From assembly GCF_006345805.1 (NCBI RefSeq), contig NC_042998.1, forward strand, positions 67,270,001-67,334,000: a DNA stretch of 64,000 nt, read 5' to 3'. This DNA comes from Octopus sinensis (Eukaryota). Both the position numbers and the translations under genes were made by a program. Shown here piece after piece: positions 42,772 through 54,530 of this stretch. Position 1 is the first letter of the stretch. Every line of letters starts with the position of its first letter. The notes under the pieces were generated by a model. The model searched no databases. It had not been told where the DNA came from and was given only the letters and a program-made list of their open reading frames with translations.

Positions 42772-44100
42772 ATTAAAACAATCAGCATATTTTGTTGGTT
42801 ATGATGGAAAGTGTCAGCTGTCCATGGCCAGCAGATTGTGACTCTTCTTTATTGATCTGGCTTCAAGAACCCTGCGGAGATTACTTGCAGTTCCAAGCAA
42901 TGATAATTTTTGTAGGTTTTCTACCTTTATATTTGCAACAATTTTCTTCTGCCATGCTGGTAGCTGAGTGCTGGTATTTCCATGCTGGTAGCTGAGTGCT
43001 GACAGAAACGTTAGCACGCCGGGCGAAATGCGTAGCCGTATTTCGTTTGTCGTTACGTTGTGAGTTCAAATTCCGCCGAGGTCAACTTTGCCTTTCATCC
43101 TTTCGGGGTCGATAAATTAAGTACCAGTTACGCACTGGGATCGATGTAATCGACTTAATACCTCTGTCTGTCCTTGTTTGTCCCCTCTATGTTTAGCCCC
43201 TTGTGGGTAATAAAGAAATAGGTATTTCCAAGTGTGCCAATTATTATTGGTATCATTGCTACTCTCTTCATTGCCCAAAACCTGCATATCTCTCACTTCA
43301 AATTGTCATAGCAGTTAACTTTTTTCTTCTTTCTCTTCAATCCCGTTATCATCGTGACATGCTATGTTGATTATCATGCAAGATTTTTTATGATGTTTAT
43401 CCAACCTAACGATGCCACGTTTCCGCTCTGATGGAAGCAATGAATCATTGCATCCCACAGGATTTTGCAGTCTTCATTCTCAGTAACTCCTTTTGGGATT
43501 TGGTCTTACCAAGTCTTTGCTCTTTGTAGTCTGTAATTTCCAGAAACCTCTCTATGGATCATTCTTGCCACATTGTCATGTCGTCTTTTGTATTATCATT
43601 GTGGCAACTTCAGGCATTCGCTAACACATTGCCATACAGTTTCTCCCCTTGCACTGCACGTTCTATATGCATCACTGTCGTTTGTATTTTCAATTCTGCA
43701 TTTCACATGGTTAGTCCTTAACGCTTGTTCTTGTGCTGCGCCTACAGGCGCTCCTGTCTCTATCTTTAGATCACTCCTCTTTCATAGCCACCGGTCTTCG
43801 TACATCTTGCAATCTTACCGTACATGTTTTCTTTCAGTGCTCTTTATTTTTTCTTCGTTTTTTCCCTTTTGATTTTTTTTTTCTTTACAGAATTATCAGT
43901 TCTGATGATGCCGGATTTCTTCACATGTTTCAATAATGGTTCCACGGCAATTTTTACATACCACATTAAGCCGTTCTCCTCTGCTTTTACATGACCCTAA
44001 CAACTGATCATAACTCCCCCACCCTTTCTTCTTGACAAGTACAAACTATAAGTGTCTGTCTTGGGATGGAATGTTTCATGCGCTCTCAATATTTTGCAGG
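42772..44100 (-). mobile_element. R4/Dong-type LINE 3' fragment interrupted by a SINE
   Basis: Minus-strand remnants HPKTD..LYLSRRKGG, WYVKIAVEPLLKHVKKSGII and ENLQKLSLLGTASNLRRVL. Similar to 26710-27890. The 3' end meets (AAT)n. Confidence 0.85.
42983..43220 (+). mobile_element. Young-looking SINE family B (variant tail) nested in the LINE
   Basis: GAGTTCAAATTCCGCCGAGGTCAACTTTGCCTTTCATCCTTTCGGGGTCGATAAATTAAGTACCAG. TSD GGTATTTCCA at 42973-42982 and 43221-43230. Confidence 0.92.
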
Positions 44101-44707
44101 CCACATAATGATAGAATTGATACCAAAGATACAGCATCTTACTCTGCTTTCTTTCGTTATTTTCATTGGGGATCATATCTGACACCTGTGATTCAAAATT
44201 ATGAAAATTCTATAATATTTTTTTGTTATTTTTATCATTATTGCTGTCGTTTCTATTGCTGTCATTATTGTAAATAATGCTGTTGTTGTTGCTATTATTA
44301 TTGCTGATGTTGAAGTTATTAGCGATTTAATACGTTTAACATAAATACAGTTACTAGTAAGACAAGTATTATTACTACTATTGCAACTATTACTAGTACT
44401 ACTGCCTCTTTTGATATGGACTTTAATATACAACGAAGACAATGTTTCTTTATGGAATTTAATAATAGAGAAACTAGCTATACATAGGCAAACAATACCA
44501 ATCGGCATGATCAAATTGTGTAAAAGAAATATTTTATATTCGAATCAAAACGAGTAAAAGAAAAACAAAAGCAAAATATCTGAAACGCACAGATAAGATC
44601 TATTAATTATGGAGTACATACCTTGCCAAAACTCAATGGAAGAATGTTATATGGCGTCTGAGGCGTTAATGAAGCTAAGGTAGTTATTTACTCATATATG
44701 TATGTGT

Positions 44708-44786
<79 letters not shown>

Positions 44787-45277
44787 ATTCGTTAGGCCAC
44801 CTGCAATTTAGGAAAAATCCAAAGAACCATTATTTATATAATTGTAAATGCACAATGGAGCTGTGTTAAAACCAAGGAAATCAGATAAAGATGGTATCAC
44901 AAAAAATGCTCCATTGTATTCAAAATAAACGCAATCAGTGAAGAAAATTCTTTAAATTCCTATCAAACTATAATTATATTCACATGGAAAGTCATTTACC
45001 GTTCTGGGCAAATGCGAAGTGAAACACTATATATACATATATATAAAGACAAACATAATAATTTTTATTGTAAATTTTGTAAGGCATTTCTTTTTACACA
45101 TTTGTTCAAATGTGCATATAAACATACCCACATACACACACACATATACACATACTTATTTGCGTATCAAGGGATATATGTTTGTGTATGCGTGTGTGAA
45201 TGTGTTTCACCAATTTATATATATATATATATATAGAAAGAGAGAGAGAGATTCACATATATATATATATATGTGTA

Positions 45278-45349
<72 letters not shown>

Positions 45350-45358
45350 GTATATATA

Positions 45359-45412
<54 letters not shown>

Positions 45413-46038
45413 TGTATATAAAATACTTAATGAAACCCCAATCCAATATGTAAATCCAATTTTAGCACAAGTATATTTCTTTGTTTATCTCTCTTCCTTT
45501 AAACACAGATATTTCCAAACACAACGCACATATATGAATAAAAATAAAATCATGCATACAGATGCAGATATACTTACGCTCACATACGCATGTATGCTGT
45601 ATATATATATATATATGCTCGTATGTATGCAAACATCACGTCAGTAGGTATGAGACGTAAATATATATTTATTTAGCAACGTGTCTTCCATGGGATTATG
45701 ACTGTTTCGCAAATTTCTAAGAGTAACTTACTGTGATAACCACAAGATTCATTGAATCTATGCTTTATAAGCTTTTACACATGTGTCTGGTTGTGTGTGC
45801 GTTGGTGTTGCGTGTTTGTGTGTTTGTATTTGTGTGTGTGTGTGTGTGTGTGAGTCTCATGATTTTGTGTTCCATGGCAACCTTCAGCATTTTCCATCCA
45901 GTTGGGTGTTACAAATCAATACTTGCATGTTATTTTTTCGTAGCTATATGTGGCATGCTTCGAGATCCTTCATTCCACAACACATGATAATTTCACGTTT
46001 TCTGGAAAGATGATAAAATTCTTATGACGCCCACAACT

Positions 46039-46118
<80 letters not shown>

Positions 46119-46501
46119 CGTCCTTGGAAAAGTTAATGAGCATGTACACTCCTAAAAGTATTGAAATCTTTCAGCTTAATGTTAACCTAATTCTGCCAGT
46201 ATTTCTAACCATGCGTTTGATCAATCAAACTACCTTGTAATTAGCGTTTAAAATGGTTGTGTATTCCTTAGATACTCCAAACATTAATGTAATTCTCAGT
46301 TGAAAGAAGCTTAGGCTTTTGAATTACAACTAAAATCTATCCGACAGACTTAAACACAGTGTCCGTCTATATAATTTCTCTCACAAATCATGAGTCGAAC
46401 CAAACCTAAAGAAAGTAGTTGTTGCAGATGTCATGCAGCGGAATCAAAACCAGAACGTTGTGATTTCGAAGAGAACCTCATAACCATTCGGCTATGATGC
46501 G

Positions 46502-46537
<36 letters not shown>

Positions 46538-48429
46538 AAACAACACACACACACACACACTTATATCATTGAATATATAGTGAGTAACACGGTGAAGGTT
46601 ACCTGTGGAATGTCTATGAATATAAGGCAGTTCAATAACAATATCATTCTTAGGAATTGACATTATTAATGCCTTATCAAACGTTACGTATTAAGGAGAC
46701 GACAGATGCCGTTTATCGACTATGTCACTTCTCTGATGGAGGAAACGTTGCCTAGAACCATTTACATCTGTTTCTGTTTAATAAATACATACTGAACAAT
46801 AGTCAAAATAAATCACTCGGAATCAAGGAATCAATAGTTTATAATCATCGAATATCAATCAGTACTCACCAATAAGTATAAACTTCGATTCACATAGAAG
46901 TGCCGGTAGCTATATGTACAGAATTCGCTGAATAATTTCTTATAAATAATTTTGCACCCATGGGATGTATCAATCTTGTTTTGGGTACATTTGCCAAACT
47001 CACCATTTAAACTCACCAGTCGCTTTTAACCGAATATTCGACCCCGACCCTGTTTCCCGTCACACCCTATTACCCATGATTCTCGTTATTTTCTGCTCCA
47101 TTTTCTCTCATCAACTTTCTGCCGTTAAACTGTCTAGGCCCACAATAACAAATTCAACATTCTCCAGAGATGTATCCACAACAATCTTATCAATTTGTAT
47201 CACTTTAACCACCTCTCTCTCTCCCTGTCCAACTCTGTCTGTCATATTCAGTCACTTATTCTGGTTAGTCCCATATATTCTACATATGGCGTTGTATTCA
47301 AAAAGCTGAGAATATAGAATCAGATGTAATTATACAGTTACAACTACCAATATATATTTATAAAGTAATACACTGTCTAACTTGGTCTGTATTAAGAGAC
47401 AATTGTACTTGTATATAAATTTAACAAGCGTATTGCTTGTTCTATTTATTTTAATTCTTTTCCTCAACACCAAATCAAGTATACTAATCATCGCAAGGAT
47501 ATTCCCAGAGGAGGTGAAATGTTTATTAGTCTGTATACTTTCCTCTTTTACTTTCCTCTTATTGGCTAGACTGGCGTCATTTATTTTTTTCCTACTTCTT
47601 TCTTTGTTCAGTTTATTACCAGCAGACCCTTGTCTCCCTCTTTTATTAAGCTACCCAATGTTAGGGACTAAACTATTCTGATTTTCTTGTAACTGTCATC
47701 CGATTCACAAAATTATCTAGATAGGCTAAAAACCTATTATCATTTAATTACTTTTCGTAAATAAGACATTGGATAATTTCTCCATCATAGCAATTACACA
47801 CACAAAGACAAATGGATACACCAGACTTGCCCTTGAAAGTGTCACTGAGAGTTCCAAATTCACAGGTACATTCCGTCATTTCTGTCATGTATATCTAAAT
47901 TTATTTGTATATTTATTAATTAATTCTCGACCTGAAGAATTACTAGTAAATGTCTTTGTCTAAATATATACCTATGTAATTCCTATTAGATAATGAAACA
48001 TATTTTATGGAGGATAAATAATACAAAATATTTCCTCTTTTGGTAAGGAATTATATTGGTATATGTTTCTGATGTTCAATAGCTTTTAATGATCTCTAGT
48101 AATTTATATTGTGATATATAGAAGGGAAAGCCATCCAGAAATCAACAAAACTTAGCCTTATGGCGTTCGCATGATAACGCGTTGACAAAACTGCAGCTAT
48201 AATAATAATTGCAATATCAATAAGACCTGAAATTCTCTCATAATGAATGGAAGGCAATAAAAGTAATTAAAAAATCGAAAACGGGGGAATTACGGAAGTG
48301 TATGAATTGAAGTGACGTTACCATGACATCTAAAATCATAAAAGCTTCTTTCACCTTAAAGTTAAGCCGAATTAAATACAATGCTGATAAGGATGATCTT
48401 TTCACTATACCCATTTTTGTATATGTATG

Positions 48430-48471
<42 letters not shown>

Positions 48472-48555
48472 AATAAATAAAATATATGTATACATACATA
48501 CATATATGTATGTACCTACATCTACATGTATATATACATGCATATATATATATAT

Positions 48556-48941
48556 TACTCTTTACTCTTTTACTTGTTTCAGTCATTTGACTGCGGCCAT
48601 GCTGGAGCACCGCCTTTAGTCAAGCAAATCGACCCCGGAACTTATTCTTTGTAAGCCCAGTACTTATTCTATCGGTCTCTTTTGCCGAACCGCTAAGTGA
48701 CGGGGACGTAAACACACCAGCATCAGTTGTCAACAATGCTAGGGGGACAAACAACAGACACACAAACATACATATATACGACGGGCTTCTTTCAGTTTCC
48801 GTCTACCAAATCCACTCACAAGGCATTGGTCGGCCCGGGGCTATAGCAGAAGACACTTGCCCAAGATGCCACGCAGTGGGACTGAACCCGGAACCATGTG
48901 GTTGGTTAGCAAGCTACTTACCACACAGCCACTCCTGCGCC
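48556..48941 (-). mobile_element. Full-length SINE family A inside (TA)n
   Basis: Near-complete reverse complement of 14621-15033. Confidence 0.93.
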
Positions 48942-48987
48942 CTATATATATATATATATTATATATAATATATATATATATATATAT

Positions 48988-49378
48988 GAGTATAGGACAC
49001 CACCAATAGACGTAGAACTCAACGAGAAACGAAAACGTAAAAACAAACATGGAAACGGACTTTTTTAACAACGAAAAAACAGTACAAGACAAACAATACA
49101 AGGAATATTCCCCTTCATCAGCTGTCCCTGGTTCGACTCCATGGGTGTTTCGAAGGTAAGGACAGAACACGACCCGTCGAACGAGTCCTTCCTGCGAAAG
49201 AATTAAATAAAATTCCTTTGCAGAGGGGTAAAACAAGGAAAGAAAAACGTGACAAGAACAGGACGTAAAAGCAATACAAATAAAAATACAAATACAAAAT
49301 AAAAATACAAATACAAAAAAATACAGTACACATAAAGAATAAAAACAGGACAAAGAAACGAACATTGAGGGCCTTTTG

Positions 49379-49380
<2 letters not shown>
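48988..49380 (-). mobile_element. Interspersed repeat fragment between (TA)n tracts, probably a Penelope-like tail
   Basis: Shares sequence with 39818-39962. Contains CTGATGA and GAAAC words on the minus strand. Confidence 0.55.
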
Positions 49381-49410
<30 letters not shown>

Positions 49411-49585
49411 ATTACAAAATGAGATAGGGGTTGTGAGTGCAACCCACCATGGGATGACATGTATCCAATATACTGCTAGTAAAGCACCCAACAAAGTTAA
49501 TACATAAATGTTAAGAATTGCGATGCAATTAATTCATTCACTGTATTATATGGGCAAAGGTAAAATGTTTTACCACAAATTAATA

Positions 49586-49972
49586 ATACAAAATAAGGAA
49601 ATGGAGAAATACATTTTAATCAATAATCAACTACCAGATAATACCCAATCACATAATTTATTAAACCACTACATATAAACATTAAGGTCAACCATAATAA
49701 TATAGAACAAAACAATATACATCAATGAGTAATAAGATACAATAAGTACAGTATGTATAAGTGAATATAAATTATATTTGTATTTAGTTATATTCACTTA
49801 TACATACTGTACTTATTGTATCTTATTACTCATTGATGTACATTGTTTTGTTCTATATTATTATGTTTTAGCTTAATGTTCATATGTAGTGGTTTAATAA
49901 ATTATGTGATTGGGTATTATCTGGTAGTTGATTATTGATTAAGATGTATTTCTCCATTTCCTTATTTTGTAT
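49586..49972. repeat. Inverted repeat with 185-bp arms (about 6 mismatches) and 17-nt loop
   Basis: 49586-49770 is the reverse complement of 49788-49972. Confidence 0.95.
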
Positions 49973-49991
49973 ATATATATATATATATATA

Positions 49992-50131
49992 GGCGCAGGA
50001 GTGGCTGTGCGGCAAGTAGCTTGCTTACCAACCACATGGATCTGGGTTCAGTAATACTGCGTGGCACCTTGGGCAAATGTCTTCTACTACGTAGTGGATT
50101 TGGTAGACGGAAAATGAAAGAAGCCCGTCGC
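49992..50131 (+). mobile_element. 5' half of SINE family A
   Basis: ggcgcaggagtggctgtgcgg...ggcaccttgggcaa...gaaagaagcccgtcg then a TA tract. Confidence 0.88.
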
Positions 50132-50859
50132 ATATATATATAAATATATATAAAAAAGGAAATGAAGAAAATGCTGACAAAATAATTTAAGTAATTTAAG
50201 TAATTTAATTAGGTGAAAGTTCTTTTTACCGGTTGCGCATTTGTTATGCTTATCAAAAGATTAGAGTTCCTTTCTGATAGATTTTTTCCTCTTATCTGAC
50301 TTTATGTTGGGTTTGCTGTCTCTTATATGTGAAAAAAGAGGCTCCAGAGTTGTTTAAGATTTGCTTGGTTTCGCGCCTAAAATTTCTTGTGGACAATGGT
50401 CAATACAATTTTGATTGGTCATTATGAAGGGGTCACGTGAATATTTGAATGGAAGTTGGTGTTAGGGTAAGAAAAAAGGCTCCAGAGAAGTTTAAATTTG
50501 GCTAGTGTCGCGCCTAAAATTTCTTATGGGTCATAATAAAGAGGTCACGTGGATGTGGTCATAATAGAGAGGTCACCTGAATGTTTAGAATTTCGAAAAT
50601 AGCGTTGTTGAAAATTCTTATTGTTCAGGCTGGTCAGTAGACGTCATGTGGATATTTTAAATAGCTTTTTAGCGCGTAGTTAGGGAGTGTATTTTCTGCT
50701 TGACTGAATTTGAGCTGGATAAGTAAGTTCGTTTAGGACAGGAAGGGATATATGTATGTATGTGTGCGCGCGCGCGTGTGTATGTGTGTGTGTGTGTGTG
50801 TGTGTGTTTCTATGCATGTTGGGGCGCGCGCGCGTGTATATATGTGTGCGTGTGTGGGT

Positions 50860-51800
50860 ACAATTTTCAATATTTATAGTTCTGCTGGCCTTGTGCCTGT
50901 ATCGGGAAGCAACGTGTTTGTGTGAAGTCAATATTTACAGTCATTTCCAAAAAATAGTGTTTGATGTTTTGCACCCGTATCCAATTATGTGTATGTGTGG
51001 AACCATATATTTGCGTGTGTCATGGTGTTAATATATCTGGGTAAAAGGTGTGTAGGGTGTGTGCAGATGTAAGTGTGTTTGTTGTGGGTTCGTGTTAGGG
51101 GGATGTGTTAGAAGTGGTCTGTATTATTAATAGGTGGGATTCCATGGTTATTCGCTGGGTATGAGTGGCATTGTCTTTAAATTTGTAGAGGGGAAAGATT
51201 CTAAAATTGGGATGAAGTTGTGCGGCACAGATATCAATATGTGCACTAAGTGCTATTTTTCTGTATTCCTGTATTTTTATTTGGGATCTGTGGACAGTCA
51301 TGCGTTGGCGGAGGCTATTTTTAGTTTGGCCTATGTAGTGTTCATTACAGCCCGAGCAAGTTAAGTCATATACTAGGTTTTCTGATGCGCATGTGAAGTT
51401 GTGTTTTACTGTGAAACGTTGTCCTTGTTTAAAAAGGAATTCCAGACTTTCTATTAGGTTGATGCATATACCACAGTTGGGTCTATTGCATTTGTTTACT
51501 GTGGGTTTAGTTGTTGTGGTTGACAGTACTTTGGCATTTGTTAGGATGGTTTTCAATGATTTGGGTTGCCTTTTGCTCTTTATGATTTCGTGTGTTAGGA
51601 GGATTTGGTTCATTCTATGGTCCTTTTTTAATACAGAAATGTTCTTGAGGATGGTGTCAAAAGCTTCATTGTTGAGGGGGTTGTGTGTAGAGATGTATGG
51701 TAGAGTATGGGGTTTCGATGTAACAGGTTTAGGGCGTCTAAGTTCCTGTGTGCGGAGTTTTAGGGCGCGTTGGATCCCATTGTCAATTAGTGACGTGGGG
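50860..51800 (-). mobile_element. Penelope-like element 3' fragment with nearly intact GIY-YIG endonuclease frame
   Basis: The ORF 51095..51928 from about residue 43 reads YPTSLIDNGI...IIKSKRQPKSL...KCNRPNCGIC...FTCASENLVYDLTCSGCNEHYIGQTKNSLRQRMTVH...HIDIC...RITMESH. These are the VY/YIG, Arg, Glu and Cys/His motifs of Penelope endonucleases. Confidence 0.92.
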
Positions 51801-51827
51801 TAATATATATATATATATATATATATA

Positions 51828-52003
51828 TTTGTGTGTTTGTGTGTCTGTGTTTTCCCCCAACATCGCTTGACAACCGATGCTGGTGTGTTTATGTCCCCGT
51901 AACTTAGCAGTTCGTCAAAGGAGACCAATAGAATAAGTACTAGGCTTACAAAGAATAAGTCCTGGGGTCGATTTGATCGATTAAAGGCGGTGCTCCAGCA
52001 TGG
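51828..52003 (+). mobile_element. 3' half of SINE family A (tail truncated)
   Basis: gtgtctgtgtt...cttgacaaccgatgctggtgtgttta...gtgctccagcatgg. Confidence 0.88.
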
Positions 52004-52960
52004 AATTTATATATTGCGCGCGTGTGTGTATGTTAATAATATGTAGCATTCGAACTTCTTGTAATTGGGAAAGCTTGGGTCATCTATGTACAACCAATGT
52101 GATGAAAGTCCCTCCAACCAGGACAATTCCCATTTATCCCCTTTTTCCCATATAGTATCAATATGTCTACCCTATGAAGTGTGTCCTTCACTTTTGAAGA
52201 CAGTAGTATGTGATTAAACGTGATTTACTTTCTCTTATTATAGCATCAACGCATTTCATAGATAATCCCTCGCTGTCTGGCGTAACATTTGGTTCTAATA
52301 AAAATGAGCCAACAATCTGATACTAGCAGGCAGGTGGAATGAAAAAACGTTTTTGCCTTTAATGAAGAAATTCAATACTACTACTACGACCCTATTAATC
52401 ATCCTGTTAAATATTTTGGCTCAAGATCAGACATTTTTGGGAGTTGATTACATTGCTTAAGAACTCCAGTGGTACCTTCTTCATCGAGGGGGAGAGAGAG
52501 AAAGACATATCTGTACATACACATATCGTTGAATTATGTGAAATATGTACGAAACTAAAGGAAGAGAATGATGAGAATTTACAGATGTTATTGTCATGAA
52601 TCGATAAGCGAGATTATAACAGTAGTGTTGTATGGCGTGAGTTATAAATAATAATAATCATAATAATTTTTTTATTATAATTATAATAAAAATAAGAGAT
52701 GATGATGATGATGATGCTGATGATGATGATGATCATCATCATCAGTAATAACGAAACACACCTGAATTAATATAGAAGGATTAAGGAAGGAAAGATCAAC
52801 ACCTGGAGATTGGTACAAATGTAAAGATTTAAACACCTACAAAAATCATCTTCAGACCGCAAAAGATTTCTGGAAGTGTTTTGTTAAACATGATCAATAA
52901 ACAAGAGTCACCTTAGTCTGCTCGCTGTGGATGGCTGATGTTTTATATTAAAAAAAATCA

Positions 52961-53142
52961 GCTAGAGGGGACTAGTCAATTACACGGATCCCAGTGTGTC
53001 ACTGGTAACTAGTACTGAATTTATCGACCCCGAAAGGATGAAATGTAAAGTCGACCCCGGCGGAATTCGATTTCTAAACGTGAAGACTGACGAAATTGCA
53101 CATAACACTTTGTTCAGTGTGCTAACTACTCAGCTAGCTCGC
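52961..53142 (-). mobile_element. SINE family B (diverged)
   Basis: tttatcgaccccgaaaggatgaaatgtaaagtcgaccccggcggaatt is the reverse complement of the family B core. Confidence 0.8.
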
Positions 53143-53146
53143 AAAA

Positions 53147-53316
53147 GAGAAGAAGAAGAAGAAGAAGAAGAAGAAGAAGAAGAGAAGAAGAAGAAGAAGA
53201 GAAGAAGAAGAATAGAAAAGAAGAAGAAGAAAGAAGAAGAAGAAGAAGAAGAGAAAAGAAGAAGAAATAAGAAGAAGCAGAAGAATAGAAGAAGAAGAGA
53301 AGAAGAAGAAGAAGAA

Positions 53317-53347
<31 letters not shown>

Positions 53348-53410
53348 AAGAAGAGAAGAAGAAGAAGAAGAAGAAGAAGAAGAAGAAGAAGAAGAAGAAG
53401 AAGAAGAAAT
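53147..53410 (+). repeat. (GAA)n polypurine tract
   Basis: About 260 bp of almost pure purine. Confidence 0.97.
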
Positions 53411-54191
53411 AAAACATAACTGACAAGTTGCCAATTGCATTTCATTCAGAATTGAACCTTGACTGATAGCTACCACAGTTTCCATTGCAGAAACAATACA
53501 GTATTCGTGTTATGAACCAGAAATGCGTTTATTGCTAATATACTGTATAAAAAATATGCCAAGCAATCACATTATGAGAAGAACGTTTCTCAAACCACAA
53601 AAGAAATTATGTTTCTAAAAGTAATGAGCCGAAATGATACTCGTGTGCATTTCTCTCTACCGTTTGCCACCAGTTAAATTTAACAGAATGGATACTATAT
53701 TGTTCGATTCTCTCTCCTCAGATAGTCACAAAACACTTGATTAATATCACCTTTTGATGCTTTGATGTAACAAACGTTTTCAAGGTTTGTCCCTTATCTT
53801 TATACGGACCCCTTTCGTCTAATTTGCATAGATATTTTCCTCACTTTATTTTACAGTATTTATAAAATCTGGTTTGTTAGTATCTAGTTTTAAACGCAAG
53901 CTACCTATTAGTACTTTGAGTTCCCTGAATCCTAAAACACAAAGCAATTCCATTTACACAAGGTTACATATGAGGGAATGAAAATTGCTTATACATCCCC
54001 AATAAAAATATCGACAGTAAAGTCTTAAAAGTAATCACGAAAATTTCACACAGGAGTTTCTCAAAATTCATGCTTCTGGCCAAACGAAGACACCTGCTTC
54101 TGATATACTTTATTTATACTTCAGTTTATATTATGGTATAATTGGTACAATCAAACGTTATAGGGAAACATCTAATTATTTAATTCTGGGA

Positions 54192-54230
<39 letters not shown>

Positions 54231-54261
54231 TGTGTGTATGTGTGTGTGCGTGCGTGTGTAT

Positions 54262-54530
54262 CAGGGTGCCTTGAATAAACTGTCGTCTAAATCACGCAAA
54301 AATGAAAATAACACTGACATCTCATTTTAACAGATATATTTGCCAAAATTGCATAATAATTTCTTGAAATATTAAACAGCAAATACATTCAATAAAATCG
54401 CCATTGTCATCGACCAAGGCCTCCAGGCGACTTTGGAATCTTTTGCAACTCTTCTGGACGGTCACTTTACTTGAGTTGGTGAATGCTGCCAATAATCCTG
54501 GAGCAAAGGCGAGGCAGCTATGCAGTAATA
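54262..54530 (-). mobile_element. Tc1/mariner transposase C-terminal end plus one terminal repeat
   Basis: Minus strand reads LLAAFTNSSKVTVQKSCKRFQSRLEALVDDNGDFIE, a typical Tc1-superfamily C-terminus. The end begins CAGGGTG at 54262. Confidence 0.75.

Noticed and set aside
46880-47960. Possible further Penelope tails (46880-47340; CTGAAGA plus the ATTACTAGTAA palindrome near 47932) and a Lys/Arg-rich minus frame at 47380-47650
   Set aside because: Too degraded: no GAAA half and no diagnostic protein motif.
49100-49160. Type II hammerhead on the minus strand (CCUUC-GAAAC...GUC...CUGAUGA-AGGGG)
   Set aside because: The core words and a GUC are present, but helix I cannot close (GAACCAGGGACAG has no stem) and helix II is out of register. 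Worth rechecking only on a family consensus.
51095-51928. 277-aa ORF as a functional chimeric or domesticated gene
   Set aside because: The N-terminus is antisense SINE plus TA repeat, there is no ATG start and the C-terminus is frameshifted. It is a truncated Penelope copy.
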